The notes below the pieces were generated by a model. That model was not told the origin of the DNA. It saw nothing but the letters and a program-made list of their open reading frames with translations, and ran no database searches. Shown in pieces: positions 45,265 to 56,393 of a stretch of DNA of 64,000 nucleotides. Source of the DNA: a virus (taxonomy: Duplodnaviria; Caudoviricetes). The stretch lies in the IMG/VR virus record IMGVR_UViG_3300034062_006701; one strand, written 5' to 3'. Positions within the stretch are counted from its first letter, which is position 1. Every line of letters starts with the position of its first letter. Both the position numbers and the translations under genes were made by a program.

Positions 45265-48200
45265 GCTGTCACGTCGTAACCGAATGTAAAGGTGTTATCT
45301 GCGGCGTTAAAGTAACCTGCTGCAGATCCAAGCGTTGTATACGTTTCGAGATATGGGCTGCCTTGCGGGTTACCAAAAGTAATGTCATATACATCTATAA
45401 CAGGTGTGTGTAAGGTACATGTAATGTTCTGTACTGTGTTATTAACGTATCTAAATCGTGTAGTTACAATGTAGAAGCAATCTGCTGTATCTTTACCGAG
45501 GTATGTAAGGGTATAAAAGCCTGTTTCAGGGCTAAAGTTAAATACTGGCTTTTCAATTTCCACAATATTGAGTTCAATACCTTTACCGTTCAATGAGAAT
45601 ACACTTAAATCGTTGAATACAAGATCTGATACCGCTTTTGCAGGGTATATTTCACTTATTTGCTGGTTATTTAAATTAATTCTGTATATCGTGGGGTATA
45701 CAACCTTATAATTTGAAGCGCTTAAACTATCACGTAATAAAGTTGTCTTACAGAACATAAGAGTGTTGTCACTTTCGTTGAACCACACATTAGAGAACCG
45801 TTCTAAGTCCGGTAATTCACCGCGGTTAAAGTATCTAAATTCATTTACCGATCCGGTAATACTGTTTGTATTATAGTCAAACTGCAGTCTATCGAAAATT
45901 AAATAGTTCTCTGTTTCAAGCTGCAAGACATCGTAGTAAACTTCAAAATTAATGAGCTTGTTGTATATTTCTTCTTTTATGTTCTGTGGATAATTTAATA
46001 GCGCTGCACTTAATGTAGCAGATGCCGGTCCAATGGTTGTACTGTTAGCGTTTCTAAAGTAAAGATCACCGTATTCTACAGCTCTTGTGTAGTAGAGCGG
46101 TTTCTTTGTAGAAACTGTATTAATTGATGTGTCTAACACTGTTTCATGGCCGGTCTGTCTTATATCTTTAAAATTGGACGGCTCTGTGTATGAATGTGTA
46201 TAAGAACCTAATGTACAGGGTTCGCTGTCCAACGAGTCTATATAAAATACATTTCCATCATAATCAAACCCGTTATATGAAAGAGCATCTAAACTAAAGT
46301 CAGGTTGATACGTAAATGTACCAACACCATAAGGTGCGTTAGGCGCGGGTGCACCGTCAGTTAATTCGTTATAATATAGTAAACCGGTATTCGGGTTATA
46401 TGATACAATGTCACTCGGAACATCTGGTAACATACCGTTATTATTCTTTGTAAAGTATAAGCCATCCTTTACTGTACATGTATATGTCGTTGTGACAAAA
46501 TCTTCAAAAAGATCTTCATATAAGAAATTACTCGCGAAATCATATGATGTGATAATAGTAGGATTACCACCATCGGAAAAGCTTGCTGGTTCTGATACAC
46601 TCGTGTTTAATACGACGCCAGAAAATATCTTACCATTTGATGCTGTACCTGCAACAGTATAATTAAAATTATATCCTTGACCGCATAGAGAATCGAAGAA
46701 AGTGTAGCCATCGAAAATATAATTAACTAATGCTCTAGGACGTGAAATATCGGAGACACGGCTCATCTCTGATACGCTCTTATAAAGAGCATATTCATTA
46801 CCGTAGACGTCACCCTTATACTGAAATAGAGTCTTATTCAGAGTTAGTAGATTGCTTTGTCGTAGATCTATTGGGTATTGGCTAATTAATTCTAACGGGT
46901 ATACATCGGGATTGCTCCATAGTGTATCTTGACTACCTGTAAAGAAATCCTGCGAGTCAATATATCGTGAGACACCGAAGTTTGTATGATTTAACGTTTG
47001 TTCACGTGATTGATATGCGCGAAATGTTTGAAAGTACGGATCTGTACTGGCGTCACCAAACTTATATTGGTTTGAATAATCAGTCTTATTAAAATAATTT
47101 TCTTCAAAAAACGTTAAAGGTGATTTGAACTCCAGCTTTGTATTACCAGAAATATTTCCGTACTTAGCGGGATCCGGAAAGTAGTAGACAGTATCTGGTG
47201 ACAGTGCATCGACGTTAACGAATGATGTGAATTTAAAATTAGTAAAATTAGCTAGTCCGATTTTATCAGGTTTAAAGAATAAACCAAGCTCGTACCCGGT
47301 TTTGAGAAATTCTTCACTCGGTACTGCAGCAATAGAGGGGTAACGCTTGTTTAAATAGTTTGCAAACTCTGTATCAGCGGTAAATAGTTGACCGGATGTA
47401 AAGGCTGTTGTTGTATCTGTTACAATATAATAAAAATCTGACCCGATATATTTGGTGATTTCTTGAGATTTGTTTACTAGATTTAAGTTATTTACGTCAC
47501 CGTCATTTACAGTGCTGATGAAGTCACTGTCTTTTAGTAGATTTAACTGAGAAGAGTTTACAAGCGGGTCTATAGTAAAATTACCGTCAAGCTCTATAAG
47601 ATAAAACGGATAGGAAAGAATTGACCGCAGAATGCTCTGATCAAAATTACCGAACAGATATGGATCTACATCATTTTGATTTAAATTAAAATAATCATTT
47701 CTTAACCCGGTATTTGTATCGTAAGCAGAGGCAGGTAACGTCGGACTTAAATCATAATAATCCGCATACGTATCATATAAATCCTCTACATCTATAACGA
47801 TATTATTGCGTACGTCAGCTAGGGATAAATTTAACGTACTGAATAAATCAACAATATCCTGTGCCTGCAGAGCTTTTGTGAGGTTTACATAAATTAAATC
47901 TGCAATACCGGTATTTGATCCCTTTAAGTTAAAACTCAAGGCAGAAGTCTGAACATCATCTCTTAATGTACTGTAATAAATGCAAATATCTTTAATTTTT
48001 TTTGCAAAGAAAGGTACAGCGATTGCAAGGTCTCGGTTATTACTAATGTCGATATTTTTGAGATATCTTTTTTCGTCAGTTGTTGTATAGTTAATGACGA
48101 TGTCATTAATAAGATTTGTGTAATATTTTTGTATCTCTGTTACAGCTTCTTGCTTTGTGATATCCTTTGCAGCATACCAATTTGTAAGATATGATTGATA

Positions 48201-48362
48201 TCTCGTCAAAAAATCACCAGTTGTGGTGAGCAGTTCTGTATTGCGTTTGAGCCATTCTGTAAATGTTAACGGTTGTAGCGTATCAACGGGATTATCGACA
48301 GGTATACGTGCCGTAATTGAATCGTTTATTCTTTCATCTATAAATTGTAACGCATCGGCCAT
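45261..48362 (-). CDS. Large virion / baseplate-associated protein
   Basis: 1033-aa ORF with a late promoter, adjacent to baseplate genes. Confidence 0.6.
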   Translation of the reverse strand: MADALQFIDERINDSITARIPVDNPVDTLQPLTFTEWLKRNTELLTTTGDFLTRYQSYLTNWYAAKDITKQEAVTEIQKYYTNLINDIVINYTTTDEKRYLKNIDISNNRDLAIAVPFFAKKIKDICIYYSTLRDDVQTSALSFNLKGSNTGIADLIYVNLTKALQAQDIVDLFSTLNLSLADVRNNIVIDVEDLYDTYADYYDLSPTLPASAYDTNTGLRNDYFNLNQNDVDPYLFGNFDQSILRSILSYPFYLIELDGNFTIDPLVNSSQLNLLKDSDFISTVNDGDVNNLNLVNKSQEITKYIGSDFYYIVTDTTTAFTSGQLFTADTEFANYLNKRYPSIAAVPSEEFLKTGYELGLFFKPDKIGLANFTNFKFTSFVNVDALSPDTVYYFPDPAKYGNISGNTKLEFKSPLTFFEENYFNKTDYSNQYKFGDASTDPYFQTFRAYQSREQTLNHTNFGVSRYIDSQDFFTGSQDTLWSNPDVYPLELISQYPIDLRQSNLLTLNKTLFQYKGDVYGNEYALYKSVSEMSRVSDISRPRALVNYIFDGYTFFDSLCGQGYNFNYTVAGTASNGKIFSGVVLNTSVSEPASFSDGGNPTIITSYDFASNFLYEDLFEDFVTTTYTCTVKDGLYFTKNNNGMLPDVPSDIVSYNPNTGLLYYNELTDGAPAPNAPYGVGTFTYQPDFSLDALSYNGFDYDGNVFYIDSLDSEPCTLGSYTHSYTEPSNFKDIRQTGHETVLDTSINTVSTKKPLYYTRAVEYGDLYFRNANSTTIGPASATLSAALLNYPQNIKEEIYNKLINFEVYYDVLQLETENYLIFDRLQFDYNTNSITGSVNEFRYFNRGELPDLERFSNVWFNESDNTLMFCKTTLLRDSLSASNYKVVYPTIYRINLNNQQISEIYPAKAVSDLVFNDLSVFSLNGKGIELNIVEIEKPVFNFSPETGFYTLTYLGKDTADCFYIVTTRFRYVNNTVQNITCTLHTPVIDVYDITFGNPQGSPYLETYTTLGSAAGYFNAADNTFTFGYDVTA

Positions 48363-48382
48363 ACACTATTATTTAACAGAAA

Positions 48383-51300
48383 CTAGCTGTTATAGGTAAC
48401 ATCAACACCAGAAGTAAATAACCGGAAGCCTTTTGTTAATTCATAGCTAAGAATATTTTGTATTATTCCATCATCCGTACTCCATGTATCATAAGAGCTG
48501 TTCGTCGGTGCGAGAGTTGTAAATACACTATTCCAATCTATTACATTGTCATAATACTCATCGCTATATTTAGAATTGTATTGATAAAAATTGTAATAAT
48601 TTCCTATTTCAGTACCGGATATCGATGCTGGTGCTGTGAGTCCCCAACCCCAACTAGGTGTATATGACGATAGAGGGAGAGGTATTGTTGATTCTGTGAA
48701 GTAGTTTGTATTTACAATAGTATATACGTCAGAGAAGAGTTCTTTTGCTACAATTGGTATACCTGGTACAATATAACTAGAAGTTATATCTAATTTTGCA
48801 CTTAAATTTATACCGTACGTGTCGTTTGGCATTGTTGTACCACGGTTATCGAAATTAAGAGCGTATTTATTTCTTGATCCCCAGAGCTTGCTCTGCTTTA
48901 TGGATAACATGTCTACTATACGTTTTAATTGCGGCGGGTATAGGTAATTATACTCCTCAAAATCAACAGTTAATTCCTTACAGAGTGAAAGAAGTGAGTC
49001 GATATTAACTTTATCAACATCAGCTTTATTGTCGACAAAATTAGCGATTTTTTCGTATACTGTTTTACCTAATTCATATGGCTGCGATGCAGCGTTACCA
49101 ACAATTACACCGAGAAATTTATCAAAAAATACTTCTTTATCGAGAAGTGACTCCTGGTACCGTAGAGAATTATAGTATCCAGACGCGTCCCAGCTCTCGT
49201 TTATTTTTGCAATACCGTATTTACCGCTTGACGGGTATATATTGAATAAATTGGAAGACCCGGTAATGGTTCTCACTGTAGTGACAGGTGCCGCGTATTT
49301 GTTTATCCAACGGTAACCATTCCAGTCTCCAGTGGCTTGAAATTCCTGAAGACCGTCACTGTATTGATTTGGTAGAACCTCAATTGGGGTGGTATAGCTA
49401 CTAAGTACAGGTAGACCTGCTGATGGGAATACGAGATCAGCGACAGTAACATAGGATAACTGAGGCTGAGGTATCGTATTACCATTGATCATGTATAACT
49501 TTCGATCGAAATTATTAATAACCCAAATATTATTAGATGTATCGCAAGTTATACCACCAATACTACAAATATAATTTGTTTTGTTATTACCTACACCCGC
49601 GATATAATCGGTGCGTTCGTTTGTAAACGCGTCAACTTTTGTTATTAATTCCCTGTCATGAGAAACCCATGCATTTTGACTTCCGTCTACTGTAATATTA
49701 CCAATCTGCTGAAATCCGCTTAGAGGGAACCCATTTTGTATATTACCATCTAAATCAAACTTGTATAGGTAGTCATTAAACTCGCCGAATACAGATCCAC
49801 GTACGTTATGGTTTCTAGCAGTTACCCATACGTAGTTATTTCTATCTATACAAACCTCTACTGGGGCAATACCTGCCGGGAATTGTATCTCCTTTTTTGT
49901 TTCAGCAAATATTGTAAAATTGTTGGTACCTTGGTATTTGATTAGGTAATTGAAAATAGGATGTGTATATGTAATCCATATATCGTTATTACGGTCGGTA
50001 TCAATTGATGACGGTAGTATTAAGTTTTCACCAGCAAAGCCTTCGTTATTTAAATAATCGGAACTCAGTGCATAACTAAAGTTAGTGGCGCCTGATGGTG
50101 TTGCTACTGCAGTAACTACATTACGTGTTGAATCTATTTTTATAGCAGATCCGCTCTCGAGCAATGTTACCCAAATATTTTCATCTCTATCAATAACAAT
50201 ACCGTTAGGCGCAGCTGCAGCAGAAATAAGATTCGATCCTGTAGTTCTATAATCAATATCAACAATTTGATTATTGATCAGTGTCGGTACCGCCGAAAGA
50301 TTATATAGACCATTCTCAACCGGGTTACCATATACGTCATATTTAAATATTCTATCATTAACAGCGTCAGCGAACCATGTCTCGTAATCATCTGAGCTCT
50401 TATCGGTGCCGACTGGTGATACAGCTACAGCGAATGCATTTCTATTATCTGCAACAGGAATTACAGATTGATCGTTAATTAATGTGACTGTCTTTGTGTG
50501 TGTAAATTCATTATAATTCACCTCTCGTAATACTCTTATTGCGGAATTATATTGAGGTACTAGGACCCAGCCGAGCAATGAATCCTTTTCATAATGAGGT
50601 GGCTCTATAACAACTACACCAGCCGTCAGAATACAATTTTCTGAAGACTGTGATGAAACAAAATATCCTTTATAGAATGCGCCGAGACTCTGTGGTGATT
50701 GACGGGTGAAGTCTTCGTAAAATTTTACTCCTTCAAGAGGATAATATTGATCACCGCTCAAATATGAAATACCTGTTTCTATATTATAGAACTCCGGTGG
50801 CAAGAGGGGGGGATTTGCTGATGATGAAGAAAGTGGTGGGTAGTTTTTTGTTGTGAACCCATGTTTGTCTTTAAATTTTATTACGTACGGTATTTCCGTC
50901 TCTTGCCATGAAACATTCGGTATTTCAAATTTTGTCGTAGATAGTGTTCCTTCACCGTCTATTCCTGTTGTAGTTATTGAAAGACGGTCTGCTGAATTAA
51001 ACCTAACTTTTAAAGCAGGGAATACAGCAGGTTCTATATTCTGAAAACCTGCTATCGGGTAATCTACGTATTTAAACGTTTGCATTCGTTGTGTATAAGC
51101 ATCGTTAAATTTAGAATTATCAAGTGTTGCGAATATAATAATAGGGTTATTCTCTGTAAGTAGAGCATTCGGTCGTTCATCAGTATACCAAAATTTACCT
51201 GTACCTGTAATACCAACAAATACACTACCGACATCTGATGCATTGCACCGCACTATTTGATTGTCTTGAAGCTTAACGTACATTTCTGTATGTGCAGCTG

Positions 51301-51916
51301 TTAAGCTTTCTATTTCAAGATATTCTGTTTCACCGGTTGGTGTTTTATTCTCACGATAGAATCGACTTAAACTACGTAAATGGTCCCACTTATCAGTAAC
51401 ATCGAGAGGTGTGTAGTTGTAATCACCAGCAGCACCAGATGCGTACAGATTTATCGTATACCCCGTCCCACTCAACGCATTATAATTTTGCCAACTATCA
51501 TACACGTTTACATATAGTGGATCGGATAATCTACCTGCGGGTACATCATATATTAACCCTCTATAATCTTGAAAATTAATTTGTGTTGAAATATAGTCAT
51601 ATATTTGTACAGTACAAGAAAATGTACTATCATATGCGTTACCGTCACTATCAAATATTGTTAGCGTGACAGTATATTGACCTGGCCATTTATATGTATG
51701 TGTTGGTCTTAGATCGGTTGAAAATGTACCGTCACCGAAGTCCCATCTTAAATTTTTGTTTGATATAATTCTTGTACCTGACAGTATATTAGAAGTTGTA
51801 AAATCAGGTATAAAATTGAGAGGTGTAATGTCGAGTGTGTATGCAGATAGGGTACTTGTCCCGTTATAGTCAAGAACTTCAAAATAGACATATGTATCTT
51901 GAATATTGTATGTCAT
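48383..51916 (-). CDS. PKD-domain and beta-propeller baseplate-associated protein
   Basis: RWDFGDG..PTHTYKWPGQYTVTLT; repeated IDRD/N..WVT propeller blades; 1-nt overlap with gp6. Confidence 0.7.
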   Translation of the reverse strand: MTYNIQDTYVYFEVLDYNGTSTLSAYTLDITPLNFIPDFTTSNILSGTRIISNKNLRWDFGDGTFSTDLRPTHTYKWPGQYTVTLTIFDSDGNAYDSTFSCTVQIYDYISTQINFQDYRGLIYDVPAGRLSDPLYVNVYDSWQNYNALSGTGYTINLYASGAAGDYNYTPLDVTDKWDHLRSLSRFYRENKTPTGETEYLEIESLTAAHTEMYVKLQDNQIVRCNASDVGSVFVGITGTGKFWYTDERPNALLTENNPIIIFATLDNSKFNDAYTQRMQTFKYVDYPIAGFQNIEPAVFPALKVRFNSADRLSITTTGIDGEGTLSTTKFEIPNVSWQETEIPYVIKFKDKHGFTTKNYPPLSSSSANPPLLPPEFYNIETGISYLSGDQYYPLEGVKFYEDFTRQSPQSLGAFYKGYFVSSQSSENCILTAGVVVIEPPHYEKDSLLGWVLVPQYNSAIRVLREVNYNEFTHTKTVTLINDQSVIPVADNRNAFAVAVSPVGTDKSSDDYETWFADAVNDRIFKYDVYGNPVENGLYNLSAVPTLINNQIVDIDYRTTGSNLISAAAAPNGIVIDRDENIWVTLLESGSAIKIDSTRNVVTAVATPSGATNFSYALSSDYLNNEGFAGENLILPSSIDTDRNNDIWITYTHPIFNYLIKYQGTNNFTIFAETKKEIQFPAGIAPVEVCIDRNNYVWVTARNHNVRGSVFGEFNDYLYKFDLDGNIQNGFPLSGFQQIGNITVDGSQNAWVSHDRELITKVDAFTNERTDYIAGVGNNKTNYICSIGGITCDTSNNIWVINNFDRKLYMINGNTIPQPQLSYVTVADLVFPSAGLPVLSSYTTPIEVLPNQYSDGLQEFQATGDWNGYRWINKYAAPVTTVRTITGSSNLFNIYPSSGKYGIAKINESWDASGYYNSLRYQESLLDKEVFFDKFLGVIVGNAASQPYELGKTVYEKIANFVDNKADVDKVNIDSLLSLCKELTVDFEEYNYLYPPQLKRIVDMLSIKQSKLWGSRNKYALNFDNRGTTMPNDTYGINLSAKLDITSSYIVPGIPIVAKELFSDVYTIVNTNYFTESTIPLPLSSYTPSWGWGLTAPASISGTEIGNYYNFYQYNSKYSDEYYDNVIDWNSVFTTLAPTNSSYDTWSTDDGIIQNILSYELTKGFRLFTSGVDVTYNS

Positions 51917-53775
51917 TAGTATTCCTTAATTAATGATTGTATTGAAGGTGTCACTACAACAACTTTATTAATAAAATTAAGTGCGTCCTTGAGATACGGG
52001 TACTTAAAATATGGGAGCTTAACATTTTGTGTGAAAATATTAATGTCGCTGTACGGGTAGACAGGGTTATATATTAGCAAGCTAATACCAGGTGTTGTAT
52101 ATACTTGCTCATCTACAGTACGCTGCGTGGTGACGTTTGTTATACCGTCAATCGCTAATATTTGATTTGTTAGGTCTGTTATACTGACAAGTAGACCGAG
52201 ATTGTCTTTCGTAGTTGCAAAATAATTTATAATCGTTTCTGATACTAGTTGTTTAAGCAGGGTAGTGTCTTTTTTAGATGTTACTGATCGATTTATTACC
52301 AAAAATGTATCATCTCCTATGCTAGGTGTTAGAGTCTCGGAAGGTGATTTTACTCCAAGATCTACTTCTACATAAACGGGATCATTTACAATAAGCTCTG
52401 CAGTCGTTAGCTTAACATCCTGTAGGTCATTTAGTAAGAGCTGCTTTTGTGCATTATTCAGATAATTTGTTCTTGTTGTGACAGAAGATGTCTTTACGAG
52501 TTTGGGTACCGCGTATACGTAAACATTATTGAAATTGCTTGAATCAGCAAATTTTACTTGGTTAAATAGTACTCTTGATTCAATATTTGGTTTCGCGACA
52601 CCGAGATCAAAATAATATTTTAAATGCCCTGATATATAATCCCAATTATTAACAACTTGTGTAGAGGCAATAATGTTACTGTAATTTTTATTAATGTAAT
52701 TAATAAAGTCCTCAGATGTAATAAGACGAAACTGACTCCTAAATGTATTAGGTGCATTAGCTTTAATGCTTTCAACATTTTCGCGTTCCACGAATTTAGT
52801 GGATGAATCAATATTTTTAAATGTTATGTTAGAAGTCTCTGTTGAGGTTATTAGTTTTAAATTCGGTGAAATGGTATCAGCTTTAATACTATTGAATCTT
52901 GCAGTACTGTAAAAGAACAATGATCTTCCATCGAGTAGACTAGGCCCGACTTCACCTGTTATGCCATTTGACTGTATATAATAAACAGCGACCTCTGAAT
53001 TTACATCGAGCTGCTTACCGGTAATGTTATTGCCAAACTTAATTTCATATCGTCCACTTTCATTTAATCTAATTTCATATTTTGTTGCGTTTGATTTTTC
53101 AAGAAATAGAGATTGTGTTGAAAGCCATTTTTCCCACTTAGATCCCTGCAAGCTACTCTTCACATATACATCGATATTAAAATGGTCAATAGTGATATTA
53201 TTACCGTTTGGATCCACTACAGTTAGTATGAGTGTCTCAAAGGGAGCACCTGTTGCAAAGTATGATGGGTATTCAGTATACGATCCCTGGTAGAGTAAAT
53301 TATTGTCTTGTAAATCTGTGAGTGTTTCTGTATCACTCGTCGTCTTGGTAAATGTTATATCTGAATTAAACGAGTATACTTTACCATTTACGTTAAAGTA
53401 TGAATAACGGGGTATAGTGTATGTATCTGGCAGTAAATTGGCATTACTCGATGCTTTAAATGGGAGTATAGCGGTCTGTACACCGATAGGGTTGTAACCA
53501 ATAAGTTTAACAATTTTATTAACGTTTTCGTAAAGCTCTACAGTTGTAAATGTACTCTCAGCGCTTGTTCTGTTCAAATAGAACAACAAGACGTGATATG
53601 CATATGCAATAATATCGATTATCGATGAAAGATTGCTCCCTTCAAAGCGTTGATCTGTATAATCACCTGTAGAATTTAAACGCTTTATTATAAGGTTCTT
53701 TAAGCTTAAAGCATCGAATGCAGCATACCCATCAATGGGTAAATTAAAGTCGTTATATTTGTTATTTGTTGACAT
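51916..53775 (-). CDS. gp6: Baseplate wedge subunit gp6-like
   Basis: FDALSLK..FEGSNLSSIIDIIAY..YEIKFGNNITGK..ESIKANAP..RLITSEDF. Confidence 0.9.
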   Translation of the reverse strand: MSTNNKYNDFNLPIDGYAAFDALSLKNLIIKRLNSTGDYTDQRFEGSNLSSIIDIIAYAYHVLLFYLNRTSAESTFTTVELYENVNKIVKLIGYNPIGVQTAILPFKASSNANLLPDTYTIPRYSYFNVNGKVYSFNSDITFTKTTSDTETLTDLQDNNLLYQGSYTEYPSYFATGAPFETLILTVVDPNGNNITIDHFNIDVYVKSSLQGSKWEKWLSTQSLFLEKSNATKYEIRLNESGRYEIKFGNNITGKQLDVNSEVAVYYIQSNGITGEVGPSLLDGRSLFFYSTARFNSIKADTISPNLKLITSTETSNITFKNIDSSTKFVERENVESIKANAPNTFRSQFRLITSEDFINYINKNYSNIIASTQVVNNWDYISGHLKYYFDLGVAKPNIESRVLFNQVKFADSSNFNNVYVYAVPKLVKTSSVTTRTNYLNNAQKQLLLNDLQDVKLTTAELIVNDPVYVEVDLGVKSPSETLTPSIGDDTFLVINRSVTSKKDTTLLKQLVSETIINYFATTKDNLGLLVSITDLTNQILAIDGITNVTTQRTVDEQVYTTPGISLLIYNPVYPYSDINIFTQNVKLPYFKYPYLKDALNFINKVVVVTPSIQSLIKEY

Positions 53776-53783
53776 GTTATATT

Positions 53784-54287
53784 TTAAGTGAAGTTAAAGC
53801 CTGAAGTACTTAATATTCCTATGAGATTAAAGCTAGTGTTCCCAAGTGTTGGTACTGAAAAGAAAATATTGATAGTGTATTGTTGATTTTCTGGTTCTGC
53901 AGTTACCTTTACTTTGTCAAGCGTTACACGTGGTTCGTATGTTGTAACACCGGATACAATTTGATTACCGATTAAATTCGCTATATCCTCATCACAAGCC
54001 TCAAATACATACTGCATTAAATTTAATCCGAAATAAGGGTTTAAAATTTTTTGACCAGGAATCGTAGTGAATATATTGTATAGTGAATTTCGTATAGCTC
54101 CTAAATCATAGTCAGCTACGATATCCACTATTTCTTGCTCCTTTAAGAGTTCGTTATTTTGTGTATAAGCACCGTACGGTGATTTGCCGTATACAGGTGT
54201 AAAATCAAGATGTAAATCTCTATAAAGATAACCATTTTTCGTTTTACTAGGTTGCTCTACAAGAGATGGTAGTTTAATGGTTGCCAC
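53784..54287 (-). CDS. gp25: Baseplate wedge subunit gp25-like
   Basis: YRDLHLDF..AIRNSLYNIFTTIPGQKILNPYFG..YEPRVTL. Confidence 0.9.
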   Translation of the reverse strand: MATIKLPSLVEQPSKTKNGYLYRDLHLDFTPVYGKSPYGAYTQNNELLKEQEIVDIVADYDLGAIRNSLYNIFTTIPGQKILNPYFGLNLMQYVFEACDEDIANLIGNQIVSGVTTYEPRVTLDKVKVTAEPENQQYTINIFFSVPTLGNTSFNLIGILSTSGFNFT

Positions 54288-54356
54288 GTATATATTTATT
54301 AGTTTTCTTGGTTTCGATAATTGGTTTATTGACCCTCTAGCAATAAATAATAATAG

Positions 54357-54950
54357 ATGAAGAAGCGTTTTTTAAAATTATATGAGAGTGCACTAACAGC
54401 ATTAAACCACAGTGGGTTTCTTGTTGGTAACATTGTTAAATTCAAGGATGATGCTTTAAAGCACGAATTTTTTAAAACACAATCAGACGCTATTCTCGAC
54501 GCGGTCAAAAACCTCATTGATAGCGGCAATACTCTCCGTGTTACTAATGTAATTAACAAATACCCTGCAGTGATGGGAGTTGGTAACCCAGACAATGTCG
54601 GTCCTGATTATAATGTAGAAGTTAGCGAAGATACAGGCGGCGGGAGACTCGGTAAAGGTGTAGTTGTACCGTCGTTTATTTTAAATAAGATTGACACTAC
54701 ACCAAATCTTGAACCAGTACCTGATAAAAACAAGCGTAAAGATAGAATCGATATTAAGCCGGTATCTGTAAAGGATGAAGCAGAAGAAGTCCCTTTTTAT
54801 TCACCATCTAATACACGTAGATCGGATATCGGTGACGGTAAGCTAAGTACAGGTGACCGTTCACTGAAAAACGTTAACGTTAAAATACCTGCTGTACCTG
54901 CTACTAACTGTAAGGATCCAGCTTCATACACTGCTAACTATTTACCTTAA
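54357..54950 (+). CDS. Hypothetical late protein
   Basis: 197-aa ORF after TAAATA, divergent from gp25. Confidence 0.7.
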   Translation: MKKRFLKLYESALTALNHSGFLVGNIVKFKDDALKHEFFKTQSDAILDAVKNLIDSGNTLRVTNVINKYPAVMGVGNPDNVGPDYNVEVSEDTGGGRLGKGVVVPSFILNKIDTTPNLEPVPDKNKRKDRIDIKPVSVKDEAEEVPFYSPSNTRRSDIGDGKLSTGDRSLKNVNVKIPAVPATNCKDPASYTANYLP

Positions 54951-55879
54951 ATCTTAATTTCGGATAGTTGTATTAAGCAAGCATAGCAGTTGATTTCTTG
55001 ATCAACAACAAAGCTACTTCTATAGATGTACTCTGCAATTGTAAGCAAGTACAATCTTTTTAAGTCTGTATTCTTTTCCTCTTCATCTACGTAATTAAAG
55101 AGACTACGTAGAAGAGAGACATAATCCGCGTTAAAAGTGTGTTCACTTTCAATAAGACCTTTTCTAAGTGCTTCAATATTCTTCTTTTTTATTTCTTTAA
55201 AGATAAGCTCTAACACTTTATCGTTCTTCGTGCTAGCTAGCTTTAGTTCACCTGATGCTGAGTGTTTTTGTAGTTCGTTAATACACTTACGGAGATCAGG
55301 ATAAGTCTCTTTAATAAACTCGACAAGTTTAACTTTTTCATCTACAGGGACTGTTATTTGCTCACTCTTTAAAATATATGCACATCGTTTAACGACTAGA
55401 TCAAGGGGAGGTGTTAGATCAAAACTCTGACACCGGCTTTGTAGAGCAGGTATTATCTTATACTTGTAGTTAGCTGTAAGAATAAAACGTGTAATACCAG
55501 CAAATTCTTCCATAGTGTTTCTTAGAGCGCGTTGAGCATCAATCGATAGCCCGTCGCACTCGTCAAGAACAATTACTTTTATATTACCGTCAATGCTCAT
55601 TGTCTGAGCAAAGTTGATTACCTTATGCCGAATTGTATCAATGCCGTTTTCATCTGAAGCGTTAATATACAGGTATTGGCAGTTTAAAATATCATTGACG
55701 ATAATTTTTGCGGCAGATGTTTTACCAATACCTGCAGCACCAACGAATAATAAATTCGGTATCTCACCTTTTTGTTTAAACGAAGTAAGCGTCTCTCTTA
55801 TGAAAGGAGTACACACATATTCCTCAAGGGTATGTGTTCTATATTTTTCACACCAAATATTTCGGAAATCATATTTCAT
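54947..55879 (-). CDS. gp44: Sliding clamp loader AAA+ subunit (gp44 / RFC-like)
   Basis: WCEKYR, PNLLFVGAAGIGKT, INASDENGIDTIR, LDECD, LQSRC; likely ATG at 55879. Confidence 0.92.
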   Translation of the reverse strand: MKYDFRNIWCEKYRTHTLEEYVCTPFIRETLTSFKQKGEIPNLLFVGAAGIGKTSAAKIIVNDILNCQYLYINASDENGIDTIRHKVINFAQTMSIDGNIKVIVLDECDGLSIDAQRALRNTMEEFAGITRFILTANYKYKIIPALQSRCQSFDLTPPLDLVVKRCAYILKSEQITVPVDEKVKLVEFIKETYPDLRKCINELQKHSASGELKLASTKNDKVLELIFKEIKKKNIEALRKGLIESEHTFNADYVSLLRSLFNYVDEEEKNTDLKRLYLLTIAEYIYRSSFVVDQEINCYACLIQLSEIKI

Positions 55880-55880
55880 A

Positions 55881-56333
55881 TTATCTGCCTGAAGAGCCAA
55901 AGCCTTTTTCTCCACGATCTGTTACTTGTGCTTGTCCCCATTCGACTGGCATATGTATATTCATATAAATTACAAATTGTGCGATACGGTCACCTGCTTT
56001 AACTTCATAATCATTGTCTGTGTTGTTATATAGCTTAATACCTGCATCACCTCTATAAGCGTTGTCGATTATGCCTGGGTGCGCTGTAACACCGTATCTA
56101 AATCCCAACCCGCTCCTACTCTCCACCTTAACCCAATACCCTTCAGGGATATATGCAAACTTTAGTCCGACATTAACAATAGCACTTCCACGCGCTGGTA
56201 CTATCCTATCCTCTACGCTATATACATCATACCCTGTATCAGATTCGTGGTTTTTTGTCGGTAGCTTTGCAAGCTCATGTGATTTCTCAAACTTTAAAAT
56301 CGGTAGGTATTGAATATTTGGATCGATAGACAT
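55881..56333 (-). CDS. dut: Trimeric dUTPase
   Basis: DTGYDV, SRSGLG, GIIDNAYRG, GDRIAQ, RGEKGFGSSG. Confidence 0.95.
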   Translation of the reverse strand: MSIDPNIQYLPILKFEKSHELAKLPTKNHESDTGYDVYSVEDRIVPARGSAIVNVGLKFAYIPEGYWVKVESRSGLGFRYGVTAHPGIIDNAYRGDAGIKLYNNTDNDYEVKAGDRIAQFVIYMNIHMPVEWGQAQVTDRGEKGFGSSGR

Positions 56334-56393
56334 ATATCACTATAATACCACACCTTTATTTAAAATCAACATCGTATAAGTATATTATACAAT

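Noticed and set aside
54947-55879. Intein or intron in gp44, rnh or dut
   Set aside because: Lengths are normal, motifs are contiguous and no splicing or homing-endonuclease motifs are seen
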